DNA of 64,000 nucleotides from Lingula anatina (Eukaryota > Animalia > Brachiopoda): NCBI GenBank assembly GCA_051362555.1, contig CM120642.1, positions 9,176,001 to 9,240,000 of the forward strand, given 5' to 3'. The position numbers and the translations under genes were made by a program. Below the pieces are notes generated by a model. It saw only the letters and a program-made list of their open reading frames with translations, did no database searches and had not been told where the DNA came from. How positions within the stretch are numbered: position 1 is the first letter of the stretch; each line of letters begins with the position of its first letter. Positions 1 through 14,090 of this stretch are shown here, piece by piece.

Positions 1-1432
1 GTCAAGTTAGAAAATCTGCATGATCAGGCCACTATTTTAGTAGTTATGCTTTTTTTTTTCACTTTTCAGCATATATGCAACACTGTAAACACAATATAAG
101 AAAAACAAATAGGCCAATTGTCATTAAACTCACAGGAGTGGTCAATCCTTCTAAAACGCAGGTTGAGTTAAAAGATCAGCATAATCGGGCCATTATTTTA
201 GAAGTTATGTTGTTTTTTCACATTTTCTCAGATTCAATTCTTAGGCATGTTAATAGTTTCATTATTTAATTAATAAGATATTAAAAGTGTTTGTTTGACA
301 TTTCCTGCATCTTTACAACATTGTTAGTTGATTTTGTAAAAATGATGGTTAATTTGTTATCGTGTATTGTGTAATAAAGTTTCAAACATGGAAATAAACT
401 CATATCATTGCAGTTTGTCAGATTCAATCATTCACTATGTTCAGAATCACAGAATGGAAGAAATTGGACATTTAACACTGCTCTATTGATATTTTTCCCA
501 TCTCATCAATTTTTTTAGTTTAATTTTGTTTTATGTTAAAAAATGTTAAAAATGGAAAAAAAAAAACATTTCAGAACAGTGCTGTCTTGTTTACATTTTG
601 GCATTTTCAAGTTGTGACTTTGAAGTTCCATGGGCCTGAAGACCTTTGCTAGTCACATTTTCTGAATATCCATGATACTAATATTTTATTATTAAAAATT
701 GATGGTCATTATGCTGTTAAACATTATGTAATATTGCATCAAAATTTGAAAAAAACCCATTTTGGGCACTGCTCCCATGATGACCATTTAAGAAAAACCA
801 TGTCACTTACTGTTCTCAAACTTATAGGAAAGAAACATGGGACTAAAATATAGCTTCAGTAGGCAATGCAATCTGCCAGTTAAACAGTTTTTTTGTGAAA
901 TTGTAATTTTTCACATATTGGCATTTTCAAGGTGTGACTTTGAAGTTCCACAGGCTTGAAGACCCATGCTTGTCACATTTTCTGAAAATCCATGATATGT
1001 ATATTTTATTATTAAAAATTGATTGTCATTATGCTGGTAACCATTATGTAATATTGCATCAGAATAGAAAAAAAAACAATTTTTGGTGCTGCTGCCATGA
1101 TGACCATTATGGGAAAACCATGTTACTTATGATTGCCAAACTTTCAAAAAACAAATACAGGACTAAAATGCAGCCCGAGTTGGAAAAGCAGTCTAATTGA
1201 ATTCTTTTTCTGGAAGTTTTACATTTTCAAAGGGTGAACTTGAACTCCCATGGGCCTGAAGCCTTATGTTTGTTACACATTTTACTTACATTGGTATTAC
1301 CTGTTGAGCATAATTAGAATTTGATGTTGAATTTGCAGTTTAACATAATGTACTTTTGCATCAGAATTGACAGTAGCCTATTTTGTTATTTCCTGCTTTT
1401 TGTCTGTACATTTGACAGCTTTGCTGCCTTGT
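1..1432 (+). mobile_element. HINE family B (Helentron/DINE-1-like non-autonomous element), 5' end outside window
   Basis: Homologous to 27306-31590. Ends with subTIR TGTCTGTACAT, hairpin CAGC-TTT-GCTG and CTTGTTT. Confidence 0.8.
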
Positions 1433-2499
1433 TTTGTATTCCATACGGTTTTCAAGTTACGCTGTATCAAAAAGTACATATTGGTGGTGAAAGCAAAATG
1501 TGCAGTACAGTAATGGATAATAAATTTTGAACCCCAGGAAAAAAAACATAAGGCTTGGCAAGGCAGACAACTTGTGGTAAAAAATGACATTATTTCATCA
1601 AATTTGAACGTCTGGAACTTCAGAGCACCTCCCATTTCAGGAATTTTGAACAAAATGACCTTTTCTGTATTTTAATTATTTTTTTCCGTAGGAAATTTAT
1701 GGCACATTATTGTAACTCCAAAATTATAACATTTAGTCCCTTATATCTCCAAAACTGGCAGAGATAGGTCCATAGTTACTATTGAAGTTGAATAGGAAGT
1801 CATATACTGGCAATCTAAATGTGACCTTGAAATTGACCTTTGACCTACTTTACACCATATACTGAACTTTGCAACTTTTTAATGCTTTTATTTTCAAAAC
1901 TGGCAGAGATAGGTCCATGGTTACTATTGAACATGAATAGGAAGTCAAATACTGGCAATCTAAATGTGACTTTGAAATTGACCTTTGACCTACTTTTCAT
2001 CATGAATTGAAGTTTACAAATTTTGGTTCCCTTTTATCTCCAAAACTGGCAGAGATAAGTCCATGGTTACTATTGAATTTGAATAGGAAGTCATATACTG
2101 GCAATCTAAATTTGACCTTGAAATTGACCTTTGACCTAATTTTTATCATGAATTGAAGTTTACACATTTTGGTTCCCTTTTATCTCCAAAACTGGCAGAG
2201 ATAGGTCCATAGTTGCTATTGAACTTGAATAGGAAGTCATAAACTGGCAATCTAAATGTGACCTTGAAATTGACCTTTGACCTACCTTACTATGAACTGA
2301 ACTTTGATTGTACCATTTTTAGTTATATATATTTTTTGCATATTTTGAGAATTCTTGTTGATTGCATTTTTTACAGCTTGTCAAACACAAGACTGGTGTT
2401 GGTGTCCCTTTTTTTGTGTGTGGGGGGTCTATACGATCGCGCTTACTCCAGCTGGTGGTACAATATCCGGAGGTGGTATCGCCTCTCTGATCCTCTAGT
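1433..2499 (+). mobile_element. HINE family A, 3' part, with about 4 units of the 146-bp satellite
   Basis: 3' subTIR GCTGGTGGTACAA, hairpin GAGGTG-GTAT-CGCCTC and terminal CTAGT. Confidence 0.85.
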
Positions 2500-2608
2500 T
2501 GGAATTTAGATCATAATTGAAAAAAATACTTGCGTGGATTTGATAATGAATTTATCTAAGTTAATGCACAACAGGAATTCTACAAAGTGCTGCATTTCAA
2601 AAACAGGT

Positions 2609-5221
2609 TTAGCGTTAGCCCTGGCGGTACACATGGTTTCGGTCCCGTCCGGATCGTTCCGCCAGCTCTGCCGGACGGCTACCGTTACCGCTTCTCCTCC
2701 TAGACGGTAAGGGCCCCCGTACCCATCTCTTGCATTTAGGTCACCTATAATCTCAACTCGTTCCACGTAAAATTTGGGCTTTGTCGGTATTGGGGTCTGA
2801 GTGTGGCACTCATTGCAATGCACCCTTGTCCAAAAATGGCAAAATTAAATGCTAATTATCTACCCTACGGAAGGGGTTATGGGAAAAATTTCTACAGACT
2901 GCTTTCCAAAAGTCATATGTGTAGATTTCAAATATGCCCTTGGATTTGACCTTTGACCTTTACTTCAAGGTCAAACGGGCCAAAATTTTCAAAAAAATAA
3001 AATTTTTTACGAAAAAAAATTTTTTTGCCCTATTATTCAGACACCACGCAGACTTAACCAATAATATTATTGGAAAGTGTTACCCTTCAGGTCATCTTTC
3101 ATCTCAGTGAATTTGGGGTCAATCGGTGCATTTTCACGGGAGTAGCGGCCATAAGATGCCAAAACTGAAAACTGTCTCTAATTCGGGAACCGTTAATGCT
3201 AGAGACCCATTCTTTTTTGCATTTTGTAGAGCATGTAAATCCCAACACTGCAAGTGGTCTCCGTTTTTTTGTATTCCAAACGGTTTTCGAGTTACGCTAT
3301 CAAAAAGTACATATTGGTGGTGAAAGCAAAATGTGCAATACGGTATAGTCAGGTGGCTATGTCCAAATTTTATCCAGAATTGTGCAATAGATGATAAAAG
3401 CATGAAACAATAGATGATAAAAGCATGAAACTTTCCACGATGAATGACCATTGGGTGTTCATCTATTTTGGATCGGGGGGTTGACAAACACCCAATGGTC
3501 ATTCATCGTGGAAAATTTCATGCTTTTATCATCTTTTGCAGAATTCTGGATAAAATTTGGACTTAGTCGCCTGACTACTTTTCACCATGAACTAAACTTT
3601 GCATATTTTGCTTCCCTTTTTTCTCCAAAACTGGCAGAGATAGGTCCATAGTTACTATTGAACTTGAATAGGAAGTCATATACTGGCAATCTCAATGTGA
3701 CCTTGAAATTGACCTTTGACCTACTTTTCACCATGAACTAACCTTTGCAAATTTTGTTTCCCTTTTATCTCCAAAACTGGCAGAGATAGGTCTATAGTTA
3801 CTATTGAACTTGAATAGGAAGTCATATACTGGCAATCTAAATGTGACCTTGAAATTGACCTTTGACCTACTTTTCAGCATGAACTGAACTTTGCAAATTT
3901 TGCTTCCCTTTTATCTCCCAAACTGGCAGAGATAGGTCCATAGTTACCATTGAACTTGAATGGGAAGTCATATACTGGCAATCTAAGTGTGACCTTGAAA
4001 TTGACCTTTGACCTACTTTTCACCCAACTAACCTTTGCAAATTTTGCTTCCCTTTTATCTCCAAAACTGGCAGAGATAGGTCCATAGTTACTATAAACTT
4101 TAATAGGAAGTCATATACTGGCAATCCAAATGTGACCTTAATATTGACCTTTGACCTACTTTTCACCATGAACTGAACTTTGCAAATTTTGCTGCCCTTT
4201 TATCTCCAAATCTGGCAGAGAAAGGTCCAAAGTTACTATTGAACTTGAATAAGAAGTCATACACTGGCAATCTAAATGTGACCTTGAAATTGACCTTTGA
4301 CCTACTTTTCACCATGAACTGAATTTTGCAAATTTTGTTTCATTATCTCCAAAACTGGCAGAGATAGGTCCATAGTTACTATTGAACTTGAATAGGAAGT
4401 CATACACTGGCAATCTAAATGTGACCTTAATATTGACCTTTGACCTACTTTTCACCATGAACTGAACTTTGCAAATTTTGCTTCCCTTTTATCTCCAAAA
4501 CTGGCAGAGATAGGTCCATAGATACTATTGAACTTGAATAGGAAGTCATATACTGGCAATCTAAATGTGACCTTGAAATTGACTTTTGACCTACTTTTCA
4601 CCATGAACTGAACTTTGCAAATTTTGCTTCCCTTTTATCTCCCAAACTGGGAGAGATAGGTCCATAGTTACTATTGAACTAGAATAGGAAGTCATATACT
4701 GGCAATCTTAATGTGACCTTGAAATTGACCTTTGACCTACTTTTCACCATGAACTGAACTTTGCAAATTTTGCTTCCCTTTCATATCCAAAACTGGCAGA
4801 GATAGGTCCAAAGTTACTATTGAAGTTGAATAGGAAGTCATATACCGGCAATCTTAATTTGACTTTAAAATTGACCTTTGACCTACTTTTCACCATGAAC
4901 TGAACTTTGCAAATTTTGCTTCCCTTTTATCTCCCAAACTGGCAGAGATAGGTCCAAAGTTACTTTTGAAGTTGAATAGGAAGTCATATACTGGCAATCT
5001 TATGTGACATTGACCTTTGACCTACCTTTTGATGAACTTTTGATATATTTTTTTGCATATTTTGAAAATTCTTGTTGATTGCATTTTTACAGCTTGTCAA
5101 GCAAAAGACTGGTGGCTGTGTCCCTTATTTTGTGTATGTGGGGGTCCATACCGTACGAAAGCGCTTGCTCCAGCTGGTGGTACAATATTTGGAGGCGGTA
5201 TCGCCTCTCTGATCCTCTAGT
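2609..5221 (+). mobile_element. HINE family A copy with damaged 5' end and about 10 satellite units
   Basis: Same body as the other A copies. 3' subTIR, hairpin and CTAG at 5217-5220. Confidence 0.85.
3346..3577. mobile_element. Palindromic MITE with ~100-bp TIRs and TAG..CTA termini (possibly Academ-like), inside HINE A
   Basis: TAGTCAGGTGGCTATGTCCAAATTTTATCCAGAATT... is inverted as ...AATTCTGGATAAAATTTGGACTTAGTCGCCTGACTA. It is absent from the other A copies. Confidence 0.75.
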
Positions 5222-5257
5222 TATTTATCATTACATACAATATAACTTGATTTTCAG

Positions 5258-5327
5258 CTAAACTCGAGTATGACAAGAATAACAAAGTCCGTGTGAATTA
5301 CTGTGATGATAAATCTAGCCAATTCAA
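5258..5327 (+). CDS. Probable coding exon of the divergent kinase gene, N-terminal region (xKLEYDKNNKVRVNYCDDKSSQF)
   Basis: ttttcag acceptor and AA|gtatgt donor. Open frame. Its phase-2 end matches the phase of the 8205 exon. It is an island of unique sequence between two HINE copies. Confidence 0.6.
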
Positions 5328-5568
5328 GTATGTTATATGATTTGTAGAACACATTCTATTTTCACATATTTTAGGCTGTTTTGATTGATAATGAATACAG
5401 TTTTACTTAAACTGTAAGTTTTACAAGTCATGCCTTCATTTGTTTTCCAAATGTACCACATAATATTCAAGTGTATTAGCTAGTGTATGTCACTATTTGA
5501 CTATAGCTAATAAATTCAAATTTGTATGCCAACAATGCTTATACATTTATAAATATATCCTGTGTCAT

Positions 5569-8174
5569 TGTACCACCAGCGTTAGAGCTGGCGGTACATA
5601 TGGTTTCGGTCCCGTCCGGATCGTTCCGCCGGCTCCGCCGGCTCTGCCGGACGGCTACCGTTACCGCTTCTCCTCCTAGACGGTAAGGGCCCCTGTACCC
5701 ATCTCATGGATTTAGGTCACCTATAGTCTCAACTCGTTCCACGTAAAATTTGGGCTTTGTCGGTATTGGGGTCTGGGTGTGGCACTCATTACAATGCACC
5801 CTTGTCTAAAAATGGCAAAATTAAATGCTAATTATCTACCCTACGGAAGGAGTTATGGGAAAAATTTCTATAGATGGCTTTCCAAAAGTCATATGTGTAG
5901 ATTTCAAATATACCCTTGGATTTGACCTTTGACCTTTACTTCAAGGTCAAATGGGCCAAAATTTTCAAAAAAATGAAATTTTTTACGAAAAAAATTTTTT
6001 TTGCCCTATTATTCAGACACTACACAGACTTAACCAATAATATTATTGGAAAGTGTTACCCTTCAGGTCATCTTTCATCTCCATGAATTTGGGGTCAATC
6101 GGTGTATTTTCACGGGAGTAGCGGCCATAAGATACCGAAACTGAAAACTGTCTCTAATTCGGGAACCGTTAATGCTAAAGACCCATTCTTTTTTGCATTT
6201 TGTAGAGCATGTAAAGCCCAACACTGGAAGTGGTCTCAGTTTTTTTGTATTCCATACGGTTTTTGAGTTACGCTGTATCAAAAAGTACATATTGGTGGTA
6301 AAAGCAAAATATGCAGTACGGTAATGGATAATAAATTTTGAACTCTGGAAAAATAAAACATAAGGCTTGGCAAAGCAGACAACTTGTGTTCAAAAATGAC
6401 ATTATTTCATCAAATTTGAACTTCTGAAACTTCAAAGCACCTCCTATATCAAGAATTTTGACCAAAATGACATTTTCTTTATTTAAAAAAAAATTTTCTG
6501 TACGAAATTTAAGGCACATTATGGTAACTTCAAAATTATAACATTTAGTCCCTTATATCTCCAAAACTGGAAGAGATAGGTCCATAGTTACTATTGAACT
6601 TGAATAGGAAGTCATATACTGGCAATCTTACTGTGACCTTGAAATTGACCTTTGACCTACTTTTCACCATGAACTGAACTTTGCAAATTTTGCTTCCCTT
6701 TTATCTCCAAAACTGGCAGAGATAGGTCCATAGTTACTATTGAACTTGAATAGGAAGTCATATACTGGCAATCTAAATGTGATCTTAAAATTGACCTTTG
6801 ACCTACTTTTCACCATGAACTGAACTTTGCAAATTTTGCTTCCCTTTTATCTCCAAAACTGGCTGAGAAAGGTCCATAGTTAGTATTGAACTTGAATAGA
6901 AAGTCATATACTGGCAATCTAAATGTGACCTTGAAATTGACCTTTGACCTACTTTTCACCATGAATTGAACTTTGCAAATTTTTCTTCCCTTTTATCTCC
7001 AAAACTGGCAGAGATAGGTCCATAGTTAGTATTGAACTTGAATAGGAAGTCATATACTGGCAATCTAAATGTGACCTTAAAATTGACTTTTGACCTACTT
7101 TACACCATGAACTGAATTTTGCAAATTTTGCTTTCCTTTTATCTCCAAAACTGGCTGAGATAGGTCCGTAGTTACTATTGAACTTGAATAGAAAGTCATA
7201 TACTGGCAATCTAAATGTGACCTTAAAATTGACCTTTGACCTACTTTTCACCATAAACTGAACTTTGCAAATTTTGCTTTCCTTTTATCTCCAAAACTGG
7301 CAGAGATAGGTCCATAGTTACTATTGAACTTGAATAGAAAGTCATATACTGGCAATCTAAATGTGACCTTAAAATTGACCTTTGACCTACTTTTCACCAT
7401 GAACTGAACTTTGCAAATTTTGCTTCCCTTTTATCTCCAAAACTGGCAGAGATAGGTCCATAGTTACTATTGAAGTTGAATAGGAAGTCATATACTGGCA
7501 ATCTAAATATGACCTTAAAATTGACTTTTGACCTACTTTTCACCATGAACTGAACTTTGCAAATTTTGCTTTCCTATATCCAAAACTGGCAGAGATAGGT
7601 CCATAGTTAGTATTGAAATTGATAAGAAAGTCATATACTGGCAATCTAAATGTGACCTTGAAATTGACCTTTGACCTACTTTTCACCATGAACTGAATTT
7701 TGCAAATTTTGCTTCCCTTTTATCTCCAAAACTGGCAGAGATAAGTCCATAGTTACTATTGAACTTGAATGGGAAGTCCTATACTGGCAATCTAAGTGTG
7801 ACCTTGAAATTGAACTTTGACCTACTTTTTATCATGAAGTGAACTCTGCTAATTTCTTTCTCTTTTAACTTCAAACTTGACAGAGATAGGTCCATAGTTA
7901 CTCTTGAACTTGAATAGGAAGTCATATACTGGCAATTTACTGTGACCTTGAAATTGACCCTTGGCCTATCTTACGAAGAACTTAAATTTGATTGTACCAT
8001 ATATATTTTTTGCAATAGTTTAAAAATTCTTGTTGATTGCATTTTTTCAGCTTGTCAAGCACAAAACTGGTGGCTGTGTCCCTTTTTTTGTGTATGTGGG
8101 GGTCTATACGAATGCGCTTGCTCCAGCTGGTGGTACAATATTCGGAGGCGGTATCGCCTCTCTGATCCTCTAGT
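5569..8174 (+). mobile_element. HINE family A, full-length, with about 10 units of the 146-bp satellite
   Basis: 5' TGTACCACCAGC subTIR with an adjacent inverted repeat, CCGGCTCCG microsatellite, central tandem array, 3' subTIR, hairpin and CTAGT. Inserted at TT with no TSD. Confidence 0.9.
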
Positions 8175-8204
8175 TTTCTCTAATTTTCAAATATTCCTTT
8201 GAAG

Positions 8205-8337
8205 AATGAAAGATATTGGCAAAGTATTAAAAATTGACCAGGAAAATAAAGAAGAGGTGTTGAATGGTGTAATGCAGGTCATTGAGTTTATGAAATCCCA
8301 AAATGCACCACAGGGAGTGGCTTTCAACTCTGCAAAG
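8205..8337 (+). CDS. Kinase gene exon, pre-kinase segment (MKDIGKVLKIDQENKEEVLNGVMQVIEFMKSQNAPQGVAFNSAK)
   Basis: cctttgaag acceptor and AAG|gtatga donor. Open frame. Phase 0 joins to 14091. QGVAFNSAK-NKPQYGFYKEG resembles the NIK N-terminal extension EGVLLTEKLKPVDYEYREE (recalled). Confidence 0.75.
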
Positions 8338-8415
8338 GTATGAGTAACAGGGAAGAATATGAAAAAGGCTTATCTTATTTGAATTATTTCTTGTGATTTA
8401 AAGGACACAACATAT

Positions 8416-11400
8416 TAGTCTATGGGCCAATGTAGACCCCCCTCCCCCCCCCCCTTAGTGATTTTTGTTCACTATGTTTTTCTGATAGCTTAGGTCCTAA
8501 GCTTTGATTTTCCGCTTGTTTGCCATTAAACTGGTGGTGGGTGTGTGTGCTACAGCCGTTGCCATGGTAACGTCTGAGATTAAAAATTGAAATTTCTGAG
8601 ACCAAAAAAATATTAAATTATTCAAATGTGTTAAGTGAATGGAATTCAAAATCCTTTCGGATGTATAGTTCAAGAGCTGCACTATACTTTATGATCCTCA
8701 AAATATTTCAAGATGGCTGTAAATTCAAGATGGCGGCCAATTTTAGCTAATTTTTGAGTAATTTCAATTATTTTTCATATTTGAGTCTTTATTCAATTAT
8801 TAAGGAATAAGAATGTGGGATATGTTTTGATGTGCCGGAATAGCATACAGTCTCTACTTGCTACCTACAGTATTTATTTTAGATGAAACCTTTTAATTTT
8901 GTTGTAAAATCCTGAAATCCAAAATGGTGGCCAAAATATAAGTCTGCTGTCCCAACTGGAAAGATGCCAGATTTATCATCAAAGTGTCATTCTTTATTAC
9001 TTTTAATAAACTGAATTCGAACTTAGGACTTTTTAAAACAATTTGCATTAATTCTGATTACATTAAGACTTTCAAAATTCAAAATGGCCGCCAATATGCT
9101 TATACATACTGGCTAAAATTGATATAATATATTCTTCCAACAGAATATTAATTTTAATTATCTCCCACCAACTTAGTCCCATTAGTGATTTTTGTTTACT
9201 ATTATTTTCTGGCAGGTTAGGCCCTAAGCTTTTATTTTCTGCTTGTTTGCCATTAAACTGGTGGTGGGTGTGAGTAACAGAGCTGTTGCGATGGTAATGT
9301 CTGGGGTTGAAAATTGATATTTTTGAGACCAAAAATAAAAATTAAATATTTCAAATGCATTTAAAATCATGGAATTCACAATTATACCAGATGTGTAAAT
9401 TAAAAGGTGTGCTATACTTCACAATCATTAAAATGTCCCAAGATGGCAGCAAATTCAAGATGGCTGCCAATTATTGCTCATTTTTTGATAATTTTGGGAA
9501 TTTTTTTATATTTGAGTTATTGTTTAATTATTAAGAAATTGCAATTTGGCATGTGTTTTGATGTTCCATAATGGTTAAAAGCCTCTGCTGTGTGCCTAAA
9601 GTGCTTGTTGAAGATGTAACCTTTTAATTTTGACGTAAAATCCTGAAATCCAAGGTGGCTGCCACAAAACATGTCTTTTACATACGGCTGTCCTAACTGG
9701 AAAGATGCCACATTAATCATCCCAAATTACATTCTTTATTACTTTTAGGTGTACTGAATATGGACCTAGGACCCTTTTCTATAAATTGTGTTAATTCAGA
9801 TGGCATTATGACTTTTGAAATTCAAAATGGCCGCCAATTTGCTTACACATGAAATGATATAATACATTATTCCAATACAAAATAAAATTTAATAAACTCA
9901 AGCTAGCTCAGCCCTATTAACAATTTTAATTTACTATGATTTTCTGATAGCTTAGGCCCTTAGTTCAAATATTCTGCTTGTTTGCCATGTAATAGGTGAA
10001 AGGTGTGACAGATTCAGCTGTTGCCATAGTAACACAGGGGTTTTAAAATTATAATTTCTGAGACCTTTAAATTGCCATGTATTTCAAATATATGAACTCA
10101 CTGTATTGTAAACTTTTTAAAAAAATTAGACTTGAACCTCAGTTATCAATAAAATTATTTGAAAAAATTGTCATAGTTAAATTGCCAAAATGGCAGCCAA
10201 TCCAAGATGATGATAGATTTATGTTAATTTTCTTCTTATTACTGAAAGTAGCTTTTTGTAAACTTTGAAAGCAGCATTGGAATTGAAAAACGTTAGGTTT
10301 TTGGATATGCTGATATGAACAGAATTGCATAATTACTGTTTACAGTGATTGTTACTCCTATATCCTCTTTTTTAAGTGTAATAAAACCTGAAACCCATGG
10401 TGGCCATCACAAAACAGGGTTCATACATATTGCTGTGCTGACCGAATATATATTACATTTTCATTTCAAAATGCCTCTTTTGGTCTTTCTGATAAACTGA
10501 ATTAACCTATTAGGATATTATCTAAATATAAATCATTTCTATTCATTTTCAGCCAAATTATATTTACTTTGCTATTCCAAAATTCACCATGGCCACAAAT
10601 GGCCATGACAGTGCAGGTATGAATTTTGCTGCAATAATATTAAACAGTGCAACAAACAAATAATTCTAAAATTTGTGCAGTTAATTATAATCAAATAGGC
10701 CTTTCAACACTGCTTTCACGGAAACACTTGTCCATATTTAGTTAAATATTTAGGATTAAGGCTTTTTGGAAATGGATGAAATGTCTTGGCTGAAGTCTTT
10801 TTTAATGAAGAATGTTCACTGGAAAGCCAATTAAAATTTGCTGTTACCTCTGAAACTGAGTTTTTGTTACAATCTAAGATGGTGTTCATCTATATGAATA
10901 AATGGAATAAAACATTTACATGTATATGCCATAACTCAGCTTCAAACTGCTAGAGAGGTAAAATTATATCCACGTTTTGGAAAAATCAATATATCCACTA
11001 ACTGCAACTGAATATATAATTTAATCTTTTATAACATTTTACTTAAAATATAATTGTATAGAAATGCAAAATCGCCATCTATATTTGCAAACTAGTTGCC
11101 TTTCACTCAAAATCAGACTATTTTGTGTCATTCAACTTGCCCAATAGATGGTAAGAGATGATCAAATAATTTCAGCCATCTACCGCACGATAATTTAAAT
11201 ACTTGTAGACCATATTGAGTTATTACAAATGTTCACGATCTTGGTTCAGTTACTTACAGTAGAAACAGGTTTAGAAATCAGCTTAAACCGGCCGCAATTT
11301 TGATATTGCTGCCATCTTGAAAAAAATCCCATCATCTTGGATGTTCAAAGAATGTTTTGCCATCATACCACGAATACAGATGTCTTCTTAAGTTTACATT

Positions 11401-12718
11401 ATTGTTAATATATTTGAAATATATTAAATTTTCTTAGTCTCAGAAATGTCAATTTCGAACCCCTGTGTTAGTATGGCAATAGCTGGGTTAATTGAATAGA
11501 AAACAAGCAGAAAATGGGATCTTAGGATGTAAGCGATATATAATAGTAAATAAAAGTCGCTAAAGGGGGGTTCAGGTTAAGAAAATCAATCTAAGTAACA
11601 TTCTTTTCGAATATAATTTTCTATCAATTTTTTAGCAAGAGTGTATCATATTGACCATGATTATATAGTCCCCTATACTCACTGACAGCCATTTCTTTCA
11701 AATGCGACAGAATACATTAGTATTTCAACTCAAAAGTATTCTTTCCCATGTCAAATGTGAATGATTAGCATGTACATGAAACTTTGTGTGATTTCTTAGG
11801 TCAAATGTGAGTGACTTGCATTGATTGGGGGGTATTATAGGTCTTTTATCTAGTCTAGGTTATTGTTGACCATTTGATCTTTCTTTCTTTTTTTTAATCA
11901 TTTTACATGACCACACATCTAGTAGTGATCAGCACTATTAAAACATAAGTATTCATCCAAACTTAAGATAAAATTAGGAATATTACTGTCATATTTTAGT
12001 CTACTGGTTACAAAGATGTAAATTCACGGTCATTGGCGGCCATTTTGAATTTTGAAAGCCATACTGTAATCCAAATTAAGTCAAGTAATTGAAAAGGGTT
12101 CTGTTTTTATATTGAGTGCACCAAAAGTAATAAAGAACTTATTTTAGGGATGATAAATCTGTCATATTTCCAGATAGGACAGCTACATGTAAAAGACTTG
12201 TTTTGTGGCAGCCATGTTGGATTTCAGGATTTTTCATCTCAATAAAAAGATTGCACCTTGAACAAACACTACAGGCAGAAAGTAGAGATTCCATGCTACA
12301 CTGGTGCATCAAAATATCTCAGATATTGCAATTCTTTAATAATTAAATAAGAATTAAAAAATTAAAAATTATCATAATTTCTGAAAAAACAGCAAAAATT
12401 GGCCGCCATCTTGGATTTGCCGCCATCTTGGAATATTTTGTTCATCGTTAGGTATAGTGCACATCTTAGACTACATGTCTAGAACGATTTTGAATTCTAT
12501 TTAGTTTATGTGTATGAAATATTTTAGATTTTGTTGGGCTCAGAAATGTCAATTTTTAACCCGTGTGTTACCATGGCAACGGCTGTAGCACACACACCCA
12601 CCACCAGTTTAATGGCAAACAAGCAGAAAATAAAAGCTAAAGACCTAAGCTATCAGAAAAACATAGTGAACGAAAATCACTAAGGGGGGGGAGGGTTTCG
12701 GTATTTGGCCCACAGATA
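8416..12718. mobile_element. Foldback-like non-autonomous DNA element with ~700-bp inverted arms and ~730-bp internal direct repeats
   Basis: 8416-~9110 is the reverse complement of ~12030-12718 (for example CTGGTGGTGGGTGTGTGTGCTACAGCCGTTGCCATGGTAAC). The unit recurs, diverged, at ~9180 and ~9910. Confidence 0.75.
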
Positions 12719-12807
12719 TTATTGATATAATGAAAAGACTCATTTTCAAGATTATCATATTGGCCGGTAATTCCTGATCTCAATATCACTCTATATATAG
12801 CTTTCAT

Positions 12808-13924
12808 TGTACCACCAGCGTTGGCGCTGGCGGTACACATGGTTTTAGTCCCGTCCGGATCGTTCCGCTGGCTCCGCCGGACAGCTACCGTTACCGCTTC
12901 TCCTCCTAGACGGTAAGGGCCCCCGTACCCATCTCTTGGATTTAGGTCACCTATAATCTCAACTCGTTCCACGTAAAATTTGGGCTTTGTCGGTATTGGG
13001 GTCTAGGTGTGGCACTCATTGCAATGCACCCTTGTCTAAAAATGGCAAAATTAAATGCTAATTATCTACCCTACGGAAGGAATTATGGGAAAAATTTCTA
13101 CAGACGACTTTCCAAAAGTCATATGTGTAGATTTCAAATATGCCCTTGGATTTGACCTTTGACCTTTATTTCAAGGTCAAACGGGCCAAAATTTTCAAAA
13201 AAATGAATTTTTTTACGAAAAAAATATTATTTGCGCTGTTATTCAGACACCACACAGACTTAACCAATAATATTATTGGAAAGTGTTACCCTTCAGGTCA
13301 TCTTTCATCTCTGTGAATTTGGGGTCAGTCAGTGCATTTTCACGGTATTAGCGGCCATAAGATTCTGAAACTGAAAACTGTCTCTAATTCAGGAACCGTT
13401 AATGCTAGAGACCCATTCTTTTTTGCATTTTGTAGAGCATGTAAAGCCCAACACTGCATGTGGTCTCCGTTTTTTTGTATTCCATACGGATTTCGAGTTA
13501 CACTGTATCAAAAAGTACATATTGGTGGTGAAAGCAAAATGTGCAGTATGGTAATGGATAATAAATTTTGAACTCCAGAAAAATAAAACATAAGGCTTGG
13601 CAAAACAGACAACTTGTGGTCAAAAATGATATTATTTCATCGAATTTCAACATCTGGAACTTCAGAGCACCTCCCATTTCAAGAATTTTGACCAAAATGA
13701 CCTTTTCTGTATTTTAATTAATTTATTAATTTAATTTAGGAAATTTATGGCACATTATTGTAACTCCAAAATTATAACATTTAGTCCCTTATATCTCCAA
13801 AACTGGCAGAGATAGGTCCATAGTTACTATTGAAGTTGAATAGGAAGTCATATACTGGCAATCTAAATGTGACCAGCTGGTGGTACAATATTCGGAGGCG
13901 GTATCGCCTCTCTGATCCTCTAGT
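12808..13924 (+). mobile_element. HINE family A, internally deleted (only about half a satellite unit)
   Basis: Both termini intact. The junction AATGTGACCAGCTGGTGG at ~13868 joins the first repeat directly to the 3' subTIR. Confidence 0.88.
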
Positions 13925-14090
13925 TATGAAACATCTTTTTGTAAGTCATAATAGAAAACAATATTCTGTATGGACAAGGTTTATGCATAATTGTTTAACA
14001 AACTGTGCTGACCTAGCTAGCATCCCTAATCAAAATAAGTGAAAAAGAATAAATATGAATGCCAGTCAAGCAAATACTTTAATATTTTAG

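Noticed and set aside
3580-7970. 146-bp arrays as a CRISPR array
   Set aside because: Units are contiguous near-identical monomers with no unique spacers. There are no cas genes and the context is eukaryotic.
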